DNA of 64,000 nucleotides from Octopus sinensis (taxonomy: Eukaryota): contig NC_043001.1 of the NCBI RefSeq assembly GCF_006345805.1, forward strand, positions 121,768,001-121,832,000. Direction: 5' to 3'. The position numbers were made by a program, and so were the translations under genes. Below the pieces are notes generated by a model. That model saw only the letters and a program-made list of their open reading frames with translations, did no database searches and was not told the DNA's origin. Positions 26,534 to 40,234 of this stretch are shown piece after piece (positions within the stretch are counted from its first letter, which is position 1; each line of letters opens with the position of its first letter).

Positions 26534-26671
26534 ATACATATATACGACGGGCTTCCTTCAGTTTCCGTCTACCAAATCCACTCGCAAAGCTTTGGTCGGT
26601 CCGAGGCTATACTGAACCCGGAACCATGTGTTTGGTAAGCAAGCTACTTACCCCACACAGCCACTCCTGCG

Positions 26672-26672
<1 letters not shown>
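26277..26672 (-). mobile_element. Near-consensus SINE A+B with internal deletion in the core
   Basis: Matches the A+B consensus. Other plus-strand A+B copies at 33057-33410, 36815-37200 and 56872-57330; minus-strand copies at 44697-45050 and 56175-56600. Confidence 0.85.
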
Positions 26673-26720
<48 letters not shown>

Positions 26721-27254
26721 GTATGTAGTCAAACCCTGATACGAAACGACTCGACAACACAAAGCACACACGCTTCTGTTTATTTACTCATTCATAAGGG
26801 ATTAAATGAGGGTGACAGTAGCATGTGTAAATGAGAGAGAGAGAGGGGGGAAGAGAGGAGGAGAGAGAAAGGAATAGGAGGAAGGAATAAAGAGAACTTT
26901 ACAAATGTACTTTGAAAAGCCAGAGAGATGTCACAATTGCGCCAACAGATTTCATTGTTTAGGTGTGAAAACATAAATGAAAGAAAGTCAACAGCTCGCC
27001 AGGTGTCAATGAATGTCTTGAAGGCAAGATGCAGGAGGCTTTTTTTATTTTTTATTATCTGAAACTCGGCGATTAAGTAGATGAATCAGAGATGGGAAGC
27101 AAAGAGTGGTCGAGTTTGTTTTGTCTTTTTTCATACTTACGAAATAATACATAAATTATTGACAAATATATCTCTTTCAAAATATTACAAATAGACCAGT
27201 ACCACACCTCGATATCAGCAACATCAAGACAGCTGATGGACAAATCTATATATA

Positions 27255-27298
<44 letters not shown>

Positions 27299-27400
27299 TA
27301 ATAATAAAATAAAACATATGCATATATACATATATGGGTACAGGACACCAAAAAAGACGTCGAACATAATGAGAAACGAAAAATACACACAAAACCAAGG

Positions 27401-27446
<46 letters not shown>

Positions 27447-30166
27447 TAATATATATATATATATATTCATAAATAGAGAGAGAGAGAGAATAAAAGGAAT
27501 AAATTTCCACTCTCCTCTTCGTTATCAATTATCATAAAAGAGAACAAAGAGAATATATATATATATATATATACACACACAAATCGAAAATAAAAATAAG
27601 ACCAAATATGTGTGTATGCACATATTTAGTCCAGTAGCATAAAGGAAATAGAAGTTGAAAACGCACCGAGAGTGTATGAGAAGATTAATTGATGTTAATA
27701 TTAACACACCTAACCGGTTTCATATATGTATGATATTCAAATGTGTAAGATATGAGGAACGTGGATTGATAAAGTTTGTGATGCAGTTAGCCACACAGCT
27801 CCACGTTTACGTTTTTGAAAATCATAATCATTAAACTGGTTATGTGTATTAGTCTTTATAACAATATATCTTCTCACACATATATAACTGTATATTTGTG
27901 TGTGCGTGTGTGTGTACTTGTTAGTACAACTACTGCGTCGATCTCTCTTTATATGTGTGTGTGTGTGTGCGCGTGTGTGTATAAATCTATACGCGCACGC
28001 GCATGTGCGTGTCCGTGATAAACGGAGTGTCGTCTTGAAAAACCAAGTGCTAATCTATGAATCCCATGGGTGCGCATGTACAGAACCCTAGAACACTATT
28101 TTGCTGAGAACCTGGCAATTCAACCCTGGATGCATCTTCCTTTGATTCAAATCGTTCAAATAAATGAACAATCTACTCCTTAACATAATTCTCAGGTACA
28201 ACATGTATGAAGGTTGAACCTTGTCCGACGTTCTTCTATGCAGCTTCCATCTACCTAATTTCGCTCAGAAGATTTGGATCGATTCGAGAATATAGTAAAA
28301 AGGCTTTTACCAAAGATGTATTGGTAGGAATCATTTATGAGCGGAAATTTGTCCTTATTGATGATTTCCCACACTATTTAGTAGCTTCTCCACGCTCGTT
28401 TTAATGTATGTATTGGCATCGATTCCATGTATACATATATTTGTATTTTATTCTCATGTATTTTATTTAGATTTACCAGTCTTGAAAGATCGACTGTCTT
28501 TTTTTTTTTTTTTCCAAAAAAACTTTGAACGCGGAGCTGAGATGTGGAGACATTCCCAATGACACTTTTTACTAATGGACAATTTTTTCAGATTTTTTTT
28601 CAATTTCTTTCATGTATTTCATCAAATATCTCTTTACAGATCGAGAATCAAATATTTATAGTAATGGACATAAAAACCGTACCTACAGGAAATACTATAA
28701 AAGTATTGCAGAAGCAAAACATACCAATTCCACTTTTTGGGATAATTAACATCATAGAATGACCATGAAATTTAATTACGCAGTCAAAGGGTTAATATTG
28801 TATTTTTCCTTATATTGATAGATCTTACTGTTATTGTTCGTTTTAAATAAATGTTTCGTTCTATACTCTTGTTTGTTGCGCTTCATCTTCTCAGCCCTCT
28901 CGGCACCTTTCTTAATCAACGCCAGACACCTATCTCAAACGAGGTCATTAACAAATGATTGCGTTTTTAAACATACCAAGAGGTCTTTGTTCTCTTCTGT
29001 GTTATGACCAACATCACTTATTTCCCTAACCCTAACCCCTCTCATTATTTGATATTATAACCTTTCCTTGTAGCAGGTCAGGCACCATGCACTGACCAAC
29101 TGAACCTTTCATAATTTTTTTCCTTTTTTTTCCATCCATTATTTTGCTTTCTTTATAGTACCTATTCACACATCAATATCTTTCCTTTTCTTAAGCCTCC
29201 ATAGCTTATCTTTCTTTATCTCGTCCCGCGTCTTACTTCATTATCTACCTCTTTTACCTCACTTATATATTTTTTTATCTTTCTCACTAGCTGATAAAAT
29301 TCTCACAATCCCACGTTCTCCTTTTCTTTCTACTTCACAATGGCCTCTCCTTTACTCTTTTTTCTCATTCTTTCTTTTTCATTCTTTCTTTCTCTAATTT
29401 CTTGGTTCAGCATGTATACTCGGAAATTATTCCTTCCTTCGCATCTGCCACCTACCCTTCCGAAGATGTATTGTACATATATTCATGAAGATACTTAGAT
29501 ACCATGTTTCCTTATATATTTTTCTGTAATACTGCTTTACACACAATTGTATGATATGCGTAATAATATCCACAATTGACAGGATACGTCGAAACAGCTG
29601 TAAAGATAGAATTGTATCAGGCAATATTATCTAACAACTTATATATATTCCATATATAAACCTATGATTGTCTGTCCATCTCTCTTAATTGATATTCGAT
29701 TGAACTCTTTCTTCTAGCCAACTCATCTTTCTTTGGTTAACCTGTTTTTAGTAAAAAATATCGGGTTTTAAGAATTGAACTGTCCGAGTACTAAATTGCT
29801 GCCCATTTATTTTTGCATAAGCATCCTCATATCCACTATACATATACAATTGTAGTTATATATACATACATGTACACTTGCATAGATAACAAGAATATGA
29901 CTAGACGGCTCAACTGAGATGTCCGTTCATGTTCCTTTATTATATCATACACTGCGTAATATGTGCAGCGTTTTGTAGTTGCATAAATGGATTTGTGGGA
30001 TGCTTAATATCATTATAAAATGGCTAACACTGCACTATCCGCTATATCGACCGGTTGATTGGTTGTGTGTTTATGTATTGTTCCTGAGTACCCAGCTAAC
30101 CAAATATACGTTGGAACGCTACCAAGTTAACAGCCAGAATCGTTGAACCCTACTCAACATGATATA

Positions 30167-30448
30167 TCTTTATATATAAAAGTGAAGTTGTGTGTCTGTC
30201 TCCTACGATTTAGATTCCTAACTACTCCCACATTTTGCGGTGCAGTTTAACCAAAAGCGGGTATCTTATAGTCGTGATTCATATCGAGCCCTTCTGAATA
30301 TTAGCGCGCGTCTACGATTTTAAAAATAATTTAACATCATTTTTTTCCATTTTTAATGCATTTTTTTGCTAATTTTTGACTATAACTCTAAAAATGCTTT
30401 ATAGTTATTTCCCTTACAAACCCGAGCAACGCCGGGCGATACTGATAG
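30167..30448 (+). mobile_element. Non-autonomous Helitron, about 280 bp
   Basis: A|TC 5' end (tctttatatataaaagtg), 3' hairpin cccgagcaacgccggg, end atag|T (CTAG mutated), no TSD. Confidence 0.8.
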
Positions 30449-30552
30449 TATATATATACAAACTTACTGTCAATGCATAGTGTTCAGTTATTCCATAAAT
30501 GAAAAATGCAATTACTATTATAAAACGTACACGTAGAAAAACACCAGAACCC

Positions 30553-30782
30553 TATGGAGCCCTGGGATGTGTAACACACTGCCTAAATACCAATCTTGAG
30601 AAATTAGGCTTCTCAAAACCAGAAACGAGAAAGCTAGTTCGAAGACTACAGATCCAGTCCATCACTGGAACTGTAAAAATCTGTAACACTTTCCAAAAGT
30701 TTATCATTTAAATATATATGAGCATGTCTAGATATGCAACTATATGCCTGAGAATACATACATAAAACTTACAAATCTGCAC
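30553..30782 (+). mobile_element. 3' end of an RLE-type non-LTR retrotransposon (R4/Dong/Hero-like ORF C-terminus) with (ACAT)n tail
   Basis: GALGCVTHCLNTNLEKLGF...LQIQSITGTVKICNTFQKF* matches the remembered GALG..L..L..LG...LQ...GT.KI C-terminal pattern of RLE-encoding LINEs. A short 3'UTR is followed by the microsatellite. Confidence 0.65.
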
Positions 30783-30972
30783 ATACATACATACATACAT
30801 ACACATACATACATACATACATACCCCTCTGTCCTCCCACCTCGGGATCTTTCTTTCTCTTATGTTTCCGACGAAGAGCTCTGCTCGAAACGTCATACCC
30901 GCCTAATAATAATACTTTAATTGTTCCACTTTTTGCGTTGTTGTCTTTTTTGTTTTTCTTGTTTGGATTAAC

Positions 30973-31004
<32 letters not shown>

Positions 31005-31014
31005 CAAATATACC

Positions 31015-31290
31015 CTGTTGTTGGAGTTGAAATTCCAATGAAGGAGCCTTGGATCTAGATGAGAAAGCGGTTCTTTCTCTATTGACAAGAAATCTTGAAA
31101 TAAACTGAACAATGACATACATACATACATACATACATACATACATACATACATACATACATACATACATACACACATACATACATATACTGTTGATGTT
31201 GAAATTCCAATGAAGGAGCCTTGAATCTAGGTTAGAAACCGTCTTTTTTTCTCTTTTGGCATGAAATCTTGAAATAAAACTAAATAACTA
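31015..31290 (+). repeat. Two copies of an ~100-bp unit separated by (ACAT)n
   Basis: ctgttg(g/a)..gttgaaattccaatgaaggagcctt..aaatcttgaaataaa at 31015 and 31190. Confidence 0.8.
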
Positions 31291-32438
31291 CGTATATTTA
31301 TATGTGCAACCATTGTGTACATATACATGCATACGTAAACCTATATACATCTCTCCCGCTCTCCGTCTCTACACTCACACACACGTGTGTGTGTGTGTGT
31401 GTGTGTGTTTGTCCCCCACCACCACCACCACCACCACCATCGCTTGACAACTGAGGCTGGTGTGTTTATGTCCCTGTAACTTAGCGGTTCGCCAAAAACA
31501 AACCGATAGAATAAGTACTAGGCTTACGAAGAATAAGTCCTGGGGTCGATTTGCTCGACCGAAGGCGGTGCTCCAGCATAGCCGCAGTCAAATGACTGAA
31601 ACAAATGAAAGATGCTATTCCTAAGCGCGTGCGTGCAGATGCAACACACAAAAAAAGAGGGAAAGCGAGAAATATCTAAATAGAACAGGAATCAGACCTA
31701 TGTATGTACGTACGTATGTATGTATGTATGGATGGATGGATGGTAGGATGGATGTGCGGAAGTAAGCCAACAGTTGCTGGTGATGGCGGCAATGACGGTG
31801 GTGGCTGATGCTGCGGAAAGGACTGAACTGAGGATATCTAGGCGTTGTTTAACCTATTTTATTCATCCATCTGATAAGCATAGCGATGATGACGACGACG
31901 ATGGCGATGCAGATGATGATGGCGACGACGACGACGATGATGATGATGACAGTAATGAAGATGCTGATGATGATGATGATGACGATCATGATGGTAATGA
32001 TGATGATGACGATAATGATGACGATGTTATTGCATTGATAAAATCTTGGGGGTTAATGGCATTGGGACAAGAACAACAACAACAACAACAACAACAGTAG
32101 CAGCAGCCGCAGCAGCAGCAACAGCAATAAAAACAATGTTTTCTCTCCGAACAGTTAATAGCCAGCGATGTCAAATTTAATGTCTTCTGATGATAGTCTT
32201 GAAGTAGGAGAATATAGGGGTACCGATATGCGTATATGCATGTGTACTAGAAGATGTGTGTGTGTGTGTGTGTGCTGTGTTTAATATACACACTCACGTA
32301 TGCATATACATTTAGAAGACTTTAAGACTTTTCACGTATGCATACGGCAATGCCTAATTAATGCATAACTCATTCTCTCTCTCTCCACACACACACACAC
32401 ATATATATATATACACATGCATACAAATAAACATATGC

Positions 32439-32499
<61 letters not shown>

Positions 32500-32588
32500 A
32501 ATAATATCGATATTTAAATACCGATCTTATCAGGTGGCCAGGATGGGAATAAAAAAAAACCTTCAAAGGTAATAATTATTTAAAATTA

Positions 32589-32754
32589 TAATTTAGGGTA
32601 TCTAAGAGACCACCACGCTAGAAAGAGCAGTCAAAACTTGACTCTAAAACCACATTAAATGTTCATACACCACCTGTAAGAACATTTAATGTGGTTTAGG
32701 AGCCAGATATTGACTGCTATTTCCAGCGTGGCGGTATCTCTTAGATTCCCTAAA

Positions 32755-32757
<3 letters not shown>
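32589..32757. repeat. 169-bp imperfect hairpin (76-78-nt arms, 15-nt loop)
   Basis: Arms 32589-32664 and 32680-32757 are about 80% complementary and contain family E-like gctagaaa.agcagtcaa. Confidence 0.85.
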
Positions 32758-32785
<28 letters not shown>

Positions 32786-33567
32786 CATACATGCATGCAT
32801 ACATGCATATTAATTTTCTTGTATTTTTAGACAGTTAAGTGTAAAAGACACTCTCTCACACACACACACACACACATACACACACACTATTAGCTGTCAG
32901 CATCGGAAAAACAGAGTACTCAATACCAATAGTTTGTAGGGCGAGATGATGGGGAGAAAGTATAAATGAGTGGGGATGGAGGGAAAGATGAAGGAAGAAA
33001 GGAAGAGAGGAAAAGGGAAAAGAAGAAAAGGAAAAAAGAAAGCAACAGAAAAGAAAGTGGCTGTGTGGTAAGAAGTTCGTTTCCCAACCGCAGAGTTCTG
33101 GGTTCACTCCCACTGCGTGTCATCTTAGGCAAGTGTCTTCTACTATAGCCTCGAGCCGGCCAAAGCCTTGTGAGTGGATTTGGTAGACGGAAACTGAAGG
33201 AAGCCCGTCGTATATATGTATATATGTCTGTGTGTCCACCATCGTTTAACAACTGATGTTGGTGCGTTTACGTCCCCGTAACTTAGCGGTTCGGCATAAG
33301 AGACCGATAGAATAAGTACTAGGCTTACAAAGAATAAGACCTTGGGTCGATTTGCTCGACTAAAGACGGTGCTCCAGCATGGCCGTAGTCAAATGACTGA
33401 AACAAGTAAAACAATATAGAATATATATCTATATATATATATATGCACAATTTATACATTTATGTTATCTATCTATCTATCTATACACACACACATATAT
33501 ATATACACAACTATTCTATAATTACAAAGATAATTATAATCAAGGGTCAGTTAATTGCTTCACCACG

Positions 33568-33614
<47 letters not shown>

Positions 33615-33739
33615 CATTATTATATATATATACATACATACATATATATATATATTATATATAAATATATATATGCATACATACACACATATATATATAT
33701 TATATATAAATATATATATATGCATACATACACACACAC

Positions 33740-33788
<49 letters not shown>

Positions 33789-34130
33789 ATATATATATAT
33801 ACATGCATGCATACATATGTCCATATGCATACGTATGCACGCGTGCATACATGCAATGCACATTATCACAAGATGTTTCTGCATCGGTTACTGGTTGAAT
33901 ACGACTCTGTAGAGTGATACAGCGAATCGAGAAGTGGCTGACAGTTATGGTGATTTATTGTCGTTGTTGCTGTTGTTGCTTAGTCCTACTTTATAAAGCT
34001 GACCTATATATATATATATATGATTAATGACAATCAATCCATGATGCAAAACCGATCAACAAGAAATAATATAGTGTGATCTGAGAGACATTTGAAAGCT
34101 AATTCTAGCAAGTCAAGAGACCGTGTAGAA

Positions 34131-34271
34131 CAGGCATGGGCGGTGTTTCTTTTTGAAAAGCGGGCCACATGAGACATGGATCATTATCAGGCGAGCCGCA
34201 CTAAATTCAAGGTAATCTTTCGTTGGCGTGCCATTCAGAAGGTCCCGAGGGCTGCAGTTTGTTCATGACCG
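34131..34271. mobile_element. hAT-type MITE, 141 bp
   Basis: caggcatgggc ... gttcatgaccg (decayed TIR), with 8-bp TSD gtgtagaa / gtgcagaa. Confidence 0.75.
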
Positions 34272-36170
34272 GTGCAGAAGTAGTGTTGTCTTAAGAGACG
34301 GACTTTGCTGAGCAGCAACCTCAAAGCACTACGGTTTTAGGTAAGTAGTGAGGACAGGGCCACAGGAACGGTTTCCATGAATGCAAAATTTCAAAAGAAA
34401 ATAATTAAATAGAGTAATGATAAATAAATTAAATATGTCGTGCTTTCCTTTTAATATTTGCTTTACTCAGGGTCCCTGGCAATCCACAGTACGCCACGGG
34501 TCTACAGACCCACTGTTAAGCTATACATGCTGTGGGTTACAGCATGCATATCGCTTCGCCGAACGAGCCTTATAATTATTTCTTATTATAGGCGCAAGGC
34601 CTGAAATTTTGTGGGAGAGAGCTCGTTGATTACATAGACCCCAGTGCTCGACTGGTAGGGGAGCTGGCAGAAACGTTAGCACTCTGGGCGAAATGCGTAG
34701 CCGTATTTCGTCTGACGTTACGTTGTGAGTTCAAATTCCGCCGAGGTCGACTTTACCTTTCATCCTTTCAGGGTCGATAAATTAAGTACCAGTTACGCAC
34801 TGGGGTCGATGTAATCGACTTAATACCTATGTCTGTCCTTGTTTGTCCCCTCTATGTTTAGCCCCTTGTGGGTAATAAAGAAATAGGTAATTATTTCATC
34901 GACTCCGAAAAGATGACAGGCAAAGTCGACCGCGGCGGAATTTGAACTCGAAACGTAAAGAGCCGGAAGAACTGTTACTATGCATTCTGTCCGACGTGCT
35001 AACGATTCTGCCAGCTTACCGTCTTCAAAGGGCCTTATATCGTTAAGATGACTCTGTGTATAGTCCCAATCCCTTCTTTCGCCGACTCGATTGCCTAAGT
35101 AACAGTTTGATTTTGGTAAAGGCGATTAAATTCAATTAATTTACACTCCAGTGTGCTATTGACCCCATTTCCAACCGAGAATTGAACTCAGAGAAAAGAA
35201 ATATGAAAACAGACGAGCGCCAAAAATCTAGGAAGTTCCCTATTACATGAGTAAACCGCATAGGTCAAGACCTCGATGGTTGTTTCATATGCTAGCTATG
35301 CAACATGAGGATTTATTTCCTGTAAGAAAAAGAAAGGAGTTTTGGAAGTTGTGGTTTTTATGCTTTTGTTTAGGGCATTGGGAGCAAGAACATAAACAAC
35401 AGTAAAAAAAAATAGACCAGGTGGGATTCGAAACCGGATCAGAGAATCAGATCGCCGAGAAGCGTAACGTATTTCTCTCTCTCTCTGTCTCTCTCTTTCT
35501 CTCTCACACACACACTCTTTTTCTCTTCCTCTCGTACAATAAATAAATAAATAAATAAATATATAAATAAATGCGATCGATCCAGCGAGGAAAACCACGT
35601 GGTCACTCGACCTGTTAGAAATAACAGACAAATTTTCTGATCACAGCAGTCTTGCCTCTTATACACAGACACACACTAATTACTGGTGAAGGCTGGTTTA
35701 TAGGGTTAACTTGGGTTTCTCGCCATAAAGAGTATCTTCAAACCCTATATTATATATATGATGTATAAGACGATATACTCTAGTTGCGTTTACGTTACAA
35801 AAAAGCACAAAAGTAACACAAATAATATTGGCAAATACAATTTTTTTAAAAATTACAATGAATGTGGATCTAGTCTTTTAAAGTTGTGGTGGAAGCAACG
35901 AACCTGCTTCGGTCTTATGAGATCTTATCAGCGTAAATCTATTCAACTGGCACGACTTATAAAAACGATATAGATATCTCAGTCAGTCGACGTTTCTCAA
36001 CAAACGAATGATAATGCAAATATGTGAGACCTTCCTGTATGTGCATCTAGTAAGCTGGACGCTCACCTGAGGTGTTTCCCCTACATTTTATTCTTGATAT
36101 TTATAGATATATTCATAACAAAAATAGACATGGTGGTAACATCACGGATGACCTGAGGTTAACAACATCA

Positions 36171-36232
<62 letters not shown>

Positions 36233-36234
<2 letters not shown>

Positions 36235-36455
36235 GGAGTAAACACAAATGTGAAACAAGGTGGAAAAAAGAGTACTCAAATACCAGTGGTAGAGTAATAT
36301 GCTTTATTTTAAGCAGCAGAAAATTCAACAAATCTTACTCTGAGTTTCTCATTGCCGTTCATCAGACAGTTTTTTCTAGCAAAAACTGTCTGATGAACGG
36401 CAACGAGAAACTCAGAGTAACAGATTTTGTTGAATTTTCTGCTGCTTAAATAAAG
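36233..36455. mobile_element. Penelope-like small element ending in a 154-bp palindrome containing hammerheads
   Basis: Arms 36302-36375 and 36381-36455 with loop ctagc, inserted in (TA)n. Same family as 5844-6007 and 55600-55730. Confidence 0.75.
36381..36428 (+). ncRNA. Type I hammerhead ribozyme
   Basis: AAAAACTGT-CTGATGA-A-CG(GCAA)CG-A-GAA-ACT(CAG)AGT-A|ACAGATTTT. Full core, GNRA-capped short stem II, GUA cleavage after 36419, stem I 4+4 bp. Confidence 0.7.
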
Positions 36456-37489
36456 TATATATATATATATATATATATACGATCGGGCCGACCAAAGCCT
36501 TTTGAGTGGATTTGGTAGACGGAAACTGAAAGAAGTCCGTCGTATACATGTATATATATGTATATGTATGTGTGTATATGTATATATGTATATGTTTGTG
36601 TGTCTGTATTTGTTACTCCAACATCGCTTGACAACCGAGGCTGGTGTGTTTACGTCCCCCGTAACTTAGCGGTTCGGCAAAAGAGAACGATAGAATAAGT
36701 ACTAGGCTTACGAAGAATAAGTCCTAGGGTCGATTTGCTCGACTAAAGGCGGTGCTCCAGCATGGCCACAGTCAAATGACTGAAACAAATAAAAGAGTAT
36801 ATATAAAGAAAGATGCAGGCAGGTTGTGTGGTAAGAAGCTTGCTTCTCAACCACATGGTTCCGGGTTCGGTCTCACTGCGTGGCACCTTGGGCAAGTGTC
36901 TTCTACTACAGCCTTGTGAGTGGATTTGGTAGACGGAAACTGAAGGAAGCCCATCGTGCGTATATACATGTATATATATATTTATGTGTGTGTGTGTTTT
37001 TGTGTCAGTGTTTGTCCCCCGCCACCATCGTTTGACAACCGATGTTGGTGTGTTTACGTCCCCGTAACTTAGTAGTTCAGCAAAAGATACCGATAGAATA
37101 AGTACTGGGCTTACGAAGCATAAGTCTTGGGGGTCGGTTTCTTCGACTAAGGCGGTGCTCCAGCATGGCCGCAGTCAAATGACAGACGTGTAAAAGAATA
37201 AAGGATGGTGATGATAACGACGACGATGATGATGATGACGACGACGACGATGATACCTGCTCATGAAGTCTCCAAGTTAATAACACTTTTCTTTACAGGA
37301 TGCATACGTAAGATAATCTCAGGTAAACGAGAATCGAAACCGTTTGTAGATGGCTTCATTAACAAGGAAGTTAACGGTCACACATCAACTCCCGCCATAT
37401 AATCTTTCAAGTGGAGAGAGAAAGTTAACTGACAGAGATACAACCAAAATTGTTTTGCTAGCGGTTACAATGACCCTGCAAACCAGGGA

Positions 37490-40170
37490 GACACGGTAAC
37501 AGCGAAGGGCGCCACTATCTCTACCTAGAAATAACAGCTAAATATCCCTCGTGTTTTATATACACTTAAGAAATTAAGTTTACACTGTGCTTAAGAAAAA
37601 GACAGCATAGCGGCAGTTGAAGATCCTTTGATTATAAGTTACTCAACCAGAATTAACCCGGGGTTTAAACAACAGCGGGTTAAACGCGGGCTTTGACCTG
37701 TTTGTTTGCTAGAAGTAATAGGAAAATCTTCCTTGAATCCCAAATTCCTACCGTTTTGAAAAATGGGGTCAGGTAGGGTGCAATTGATAATGTAATCTTA
37801 GATACTACTAAAAGACAGGTTGCTCACGGCTGGAATGAATTTGTTCATAGGTTTACTCGGTCAGTCTTGATTTGAGGCTAAACAGCGACGAAGAGTGCGA
37901 TGGACCAACGAGGAGGAAATCTCAACACAAGCTAACCTGCTAGAAAGAGCAGCTAAATGTCACATATTGGCTAATATGGTCCTACGGCTTGAAAACAACG
38001 CTGGGTGATCACAGTTGGAGCGCTTTTGATGAAAGGTCTTTCTGTTCGAGTTGGGAAACTAGACAATAATAACGAATATAGCAAGGACAATAACCACGAT
38101 AACTCGGCCTGCTAGAAATGACAGTCAAATGTCTCTTTAATCTCATCAAGATAGTAGTCTTAAACAGAACCCATTGAATAATGCAGTCCTATATGTGCTG
38201 TCTAGAAAAGAGACAAGGTGGTCGCGGTCGGAATGTGTTTGATCATAACTCTACTGGGTCAGGAATGACAGGAATTAAACAACAACGACGTCGCCGACGA
38301 CGACGCGTACCAAAGAGTATGGCCTTTAGGTGGTCGCTCGATCTGCTAGAAACAGCAACCAAATATTCCTCTAATCACATCACATCCTACTTTCTCAAGC
38401 AAGGCAGGTCACATGTGCCGGGAAACGAAAAGAGAGGACAGTCACGGTTGGAATGCCTTTGATCATGTTTGCTCAACAACAACAACAACAACATTTGTCT
38501 CAGTTTCTCCTCCGCCCCACACCCCCTTAAACTGTACTGAAATACTACACTTCGGTGGTATTCCCCCTCTGTTTGTCTGTCTGCCTGTATGTATGTATGT
38601 ATGTCTCTGCCTCTCTTTCTCTCTCTCTCTCTCTGCAACGACTAAATGAATAACGAGGTTTGGTTTGACATTAACATAAGGCAGATACGATGTGTGTGTG
38701 TGTGTGTGTGTGACAGAAATAGAAAGAGAAAATAAGGAAGAAAAAGCCGAAATAACTTAATCTACAAAGGATTTCAATGGAGAAACGAAAATAAAAATAA
38801 AAGTGTATATTCATTTTATCTTTATATACTTGAGTGTCTGTATATATATATAATATATATATATGTATATAATGGAAGCCGCTTATTGTGATCACTTTGG
38901 GACGGAACCCTTAGACTACCAATAAAAGGTTGATAGTATCAAGCAGAATATATGACAAAATCCTGAGTGTGTTTCGGACCCACTAATTATTAATAACAAT
39001 AACCGATTGATAATATTATTCGTTATTATAATAAGCAGTTTCCATTGTGAAAAGATATACATTTATGCATACATATTGACACACATATATGCATAAATAT
39101 ATACATATGCATATCTGTATTTATACACATATATACATATGCTTACATATGCACATGTGTGTGTGTGTGTGCTTGTGTGTATGAACAGCTATTCTTTAAT
39201 TATCATCATGTTTATAATAATAGTGGCATAAGCGAAACAGTTTTATCACCACCTGGGAAGCGAAACCGGCTCGCAAACTCAGGCACAAAAAAAACAAAAC
39301 AAAATAAAACGAATGAAAAGAGAGAAATAGAACAAAAACAAACAAAAAATCAACAAATCCACCTCACCCCCCCCTCCAAAATGGTGAGAGAATCTTGTTG
39401 GCAAAGGGTTGGGCAGAAAAAAGGAAATTGTAAATACAGTTCAAACATCTACGGCAGTAATAAAAAGACGATCCAACGAGAGAAGCTCTGAGAGATCACT
39501 TCACCTGCTAGATATAGTAGCTGAATCGTTTTCAAATCAAGCTACCACCAGGAAGGACACATTGGATAATTACTCCAAGATTATACATATATTATGTCTG
39601 GAAAAAAAATCACGGGGATAGTAACAGATGGAAGATGTTTGATCATAGATACGTCTTCTCAGTCAGGCCTGACCTGGGGTTAAACAGCACCAACAAGCAG
39701 AAAAACTGTGTCAACAAGGGAACTTCTTCACGAGCCAATAATGTGGAGCCTTTTTACTCCTTATCTCAGTCTGCTAGAAATAGCAGCCAAATGTTCGTTA
39801 GCTCATACACTAGATTAATATAGTCCTGGAGCTAAATACATTCTGGCTTTAAAAATAAGACAGGGTGATCACCGTTGGAATGTCTTTGATCCATAGGTCT
39901 GTCTGCGATGCGGACCAGATAGAGAAAAGGGGACTAAACAACAAGGAGGACGACGATAGCGATGACAAGAACAATAACAACGACGACGACGACGACTCGA
40001 TCTGCGTTAAACAGCAGGTCGTTAGACGTGTTAGAAATAGCAGTCAAATGAAATGTTCCTCGAATTATAATCGTATCATTCTGAAAGAAAATAAAGACGA
40101 GATGGCTCTTCTCTGATTACAGGTGCATGTTCTCGATCAGGCCTGACCAGTGACTAAACAACAAACAATG
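37490..40170 (+). repeat. Head-to-tail array of about 8 diverged family E units (about 150-230 bp each, (CAA)/(GAC)n tails)
   Basis: Recurrent ctgctagaaatagcagccaaat ... ggtcacggctggaatg.ctttgatcataggt ... gggctaaacaacaac: five units in 37490-38490 and three in 39490-40170. Opposite-orientation copies at 47740-48680. Confidence 0.8.
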
Positions 40171-40234
40171 ACAACAACAGAAGCTGTAGTAGTAAAAAAA
40201 CAACAAAGAAAGCACCATGTGGCATGTGACTTAC

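Noticed and set aside
27700-27765. Minus-strand GAAACCGGTTAGG hammerhead-like 3' half
   Set aside because: The CUGANGA core is absent; counted only as a relic.
35250-35321. Very strong minus-strand acceptor (ctcctttctttttcttacag)
   Set aside because: Stops follow in all three frames; not a coding exon.
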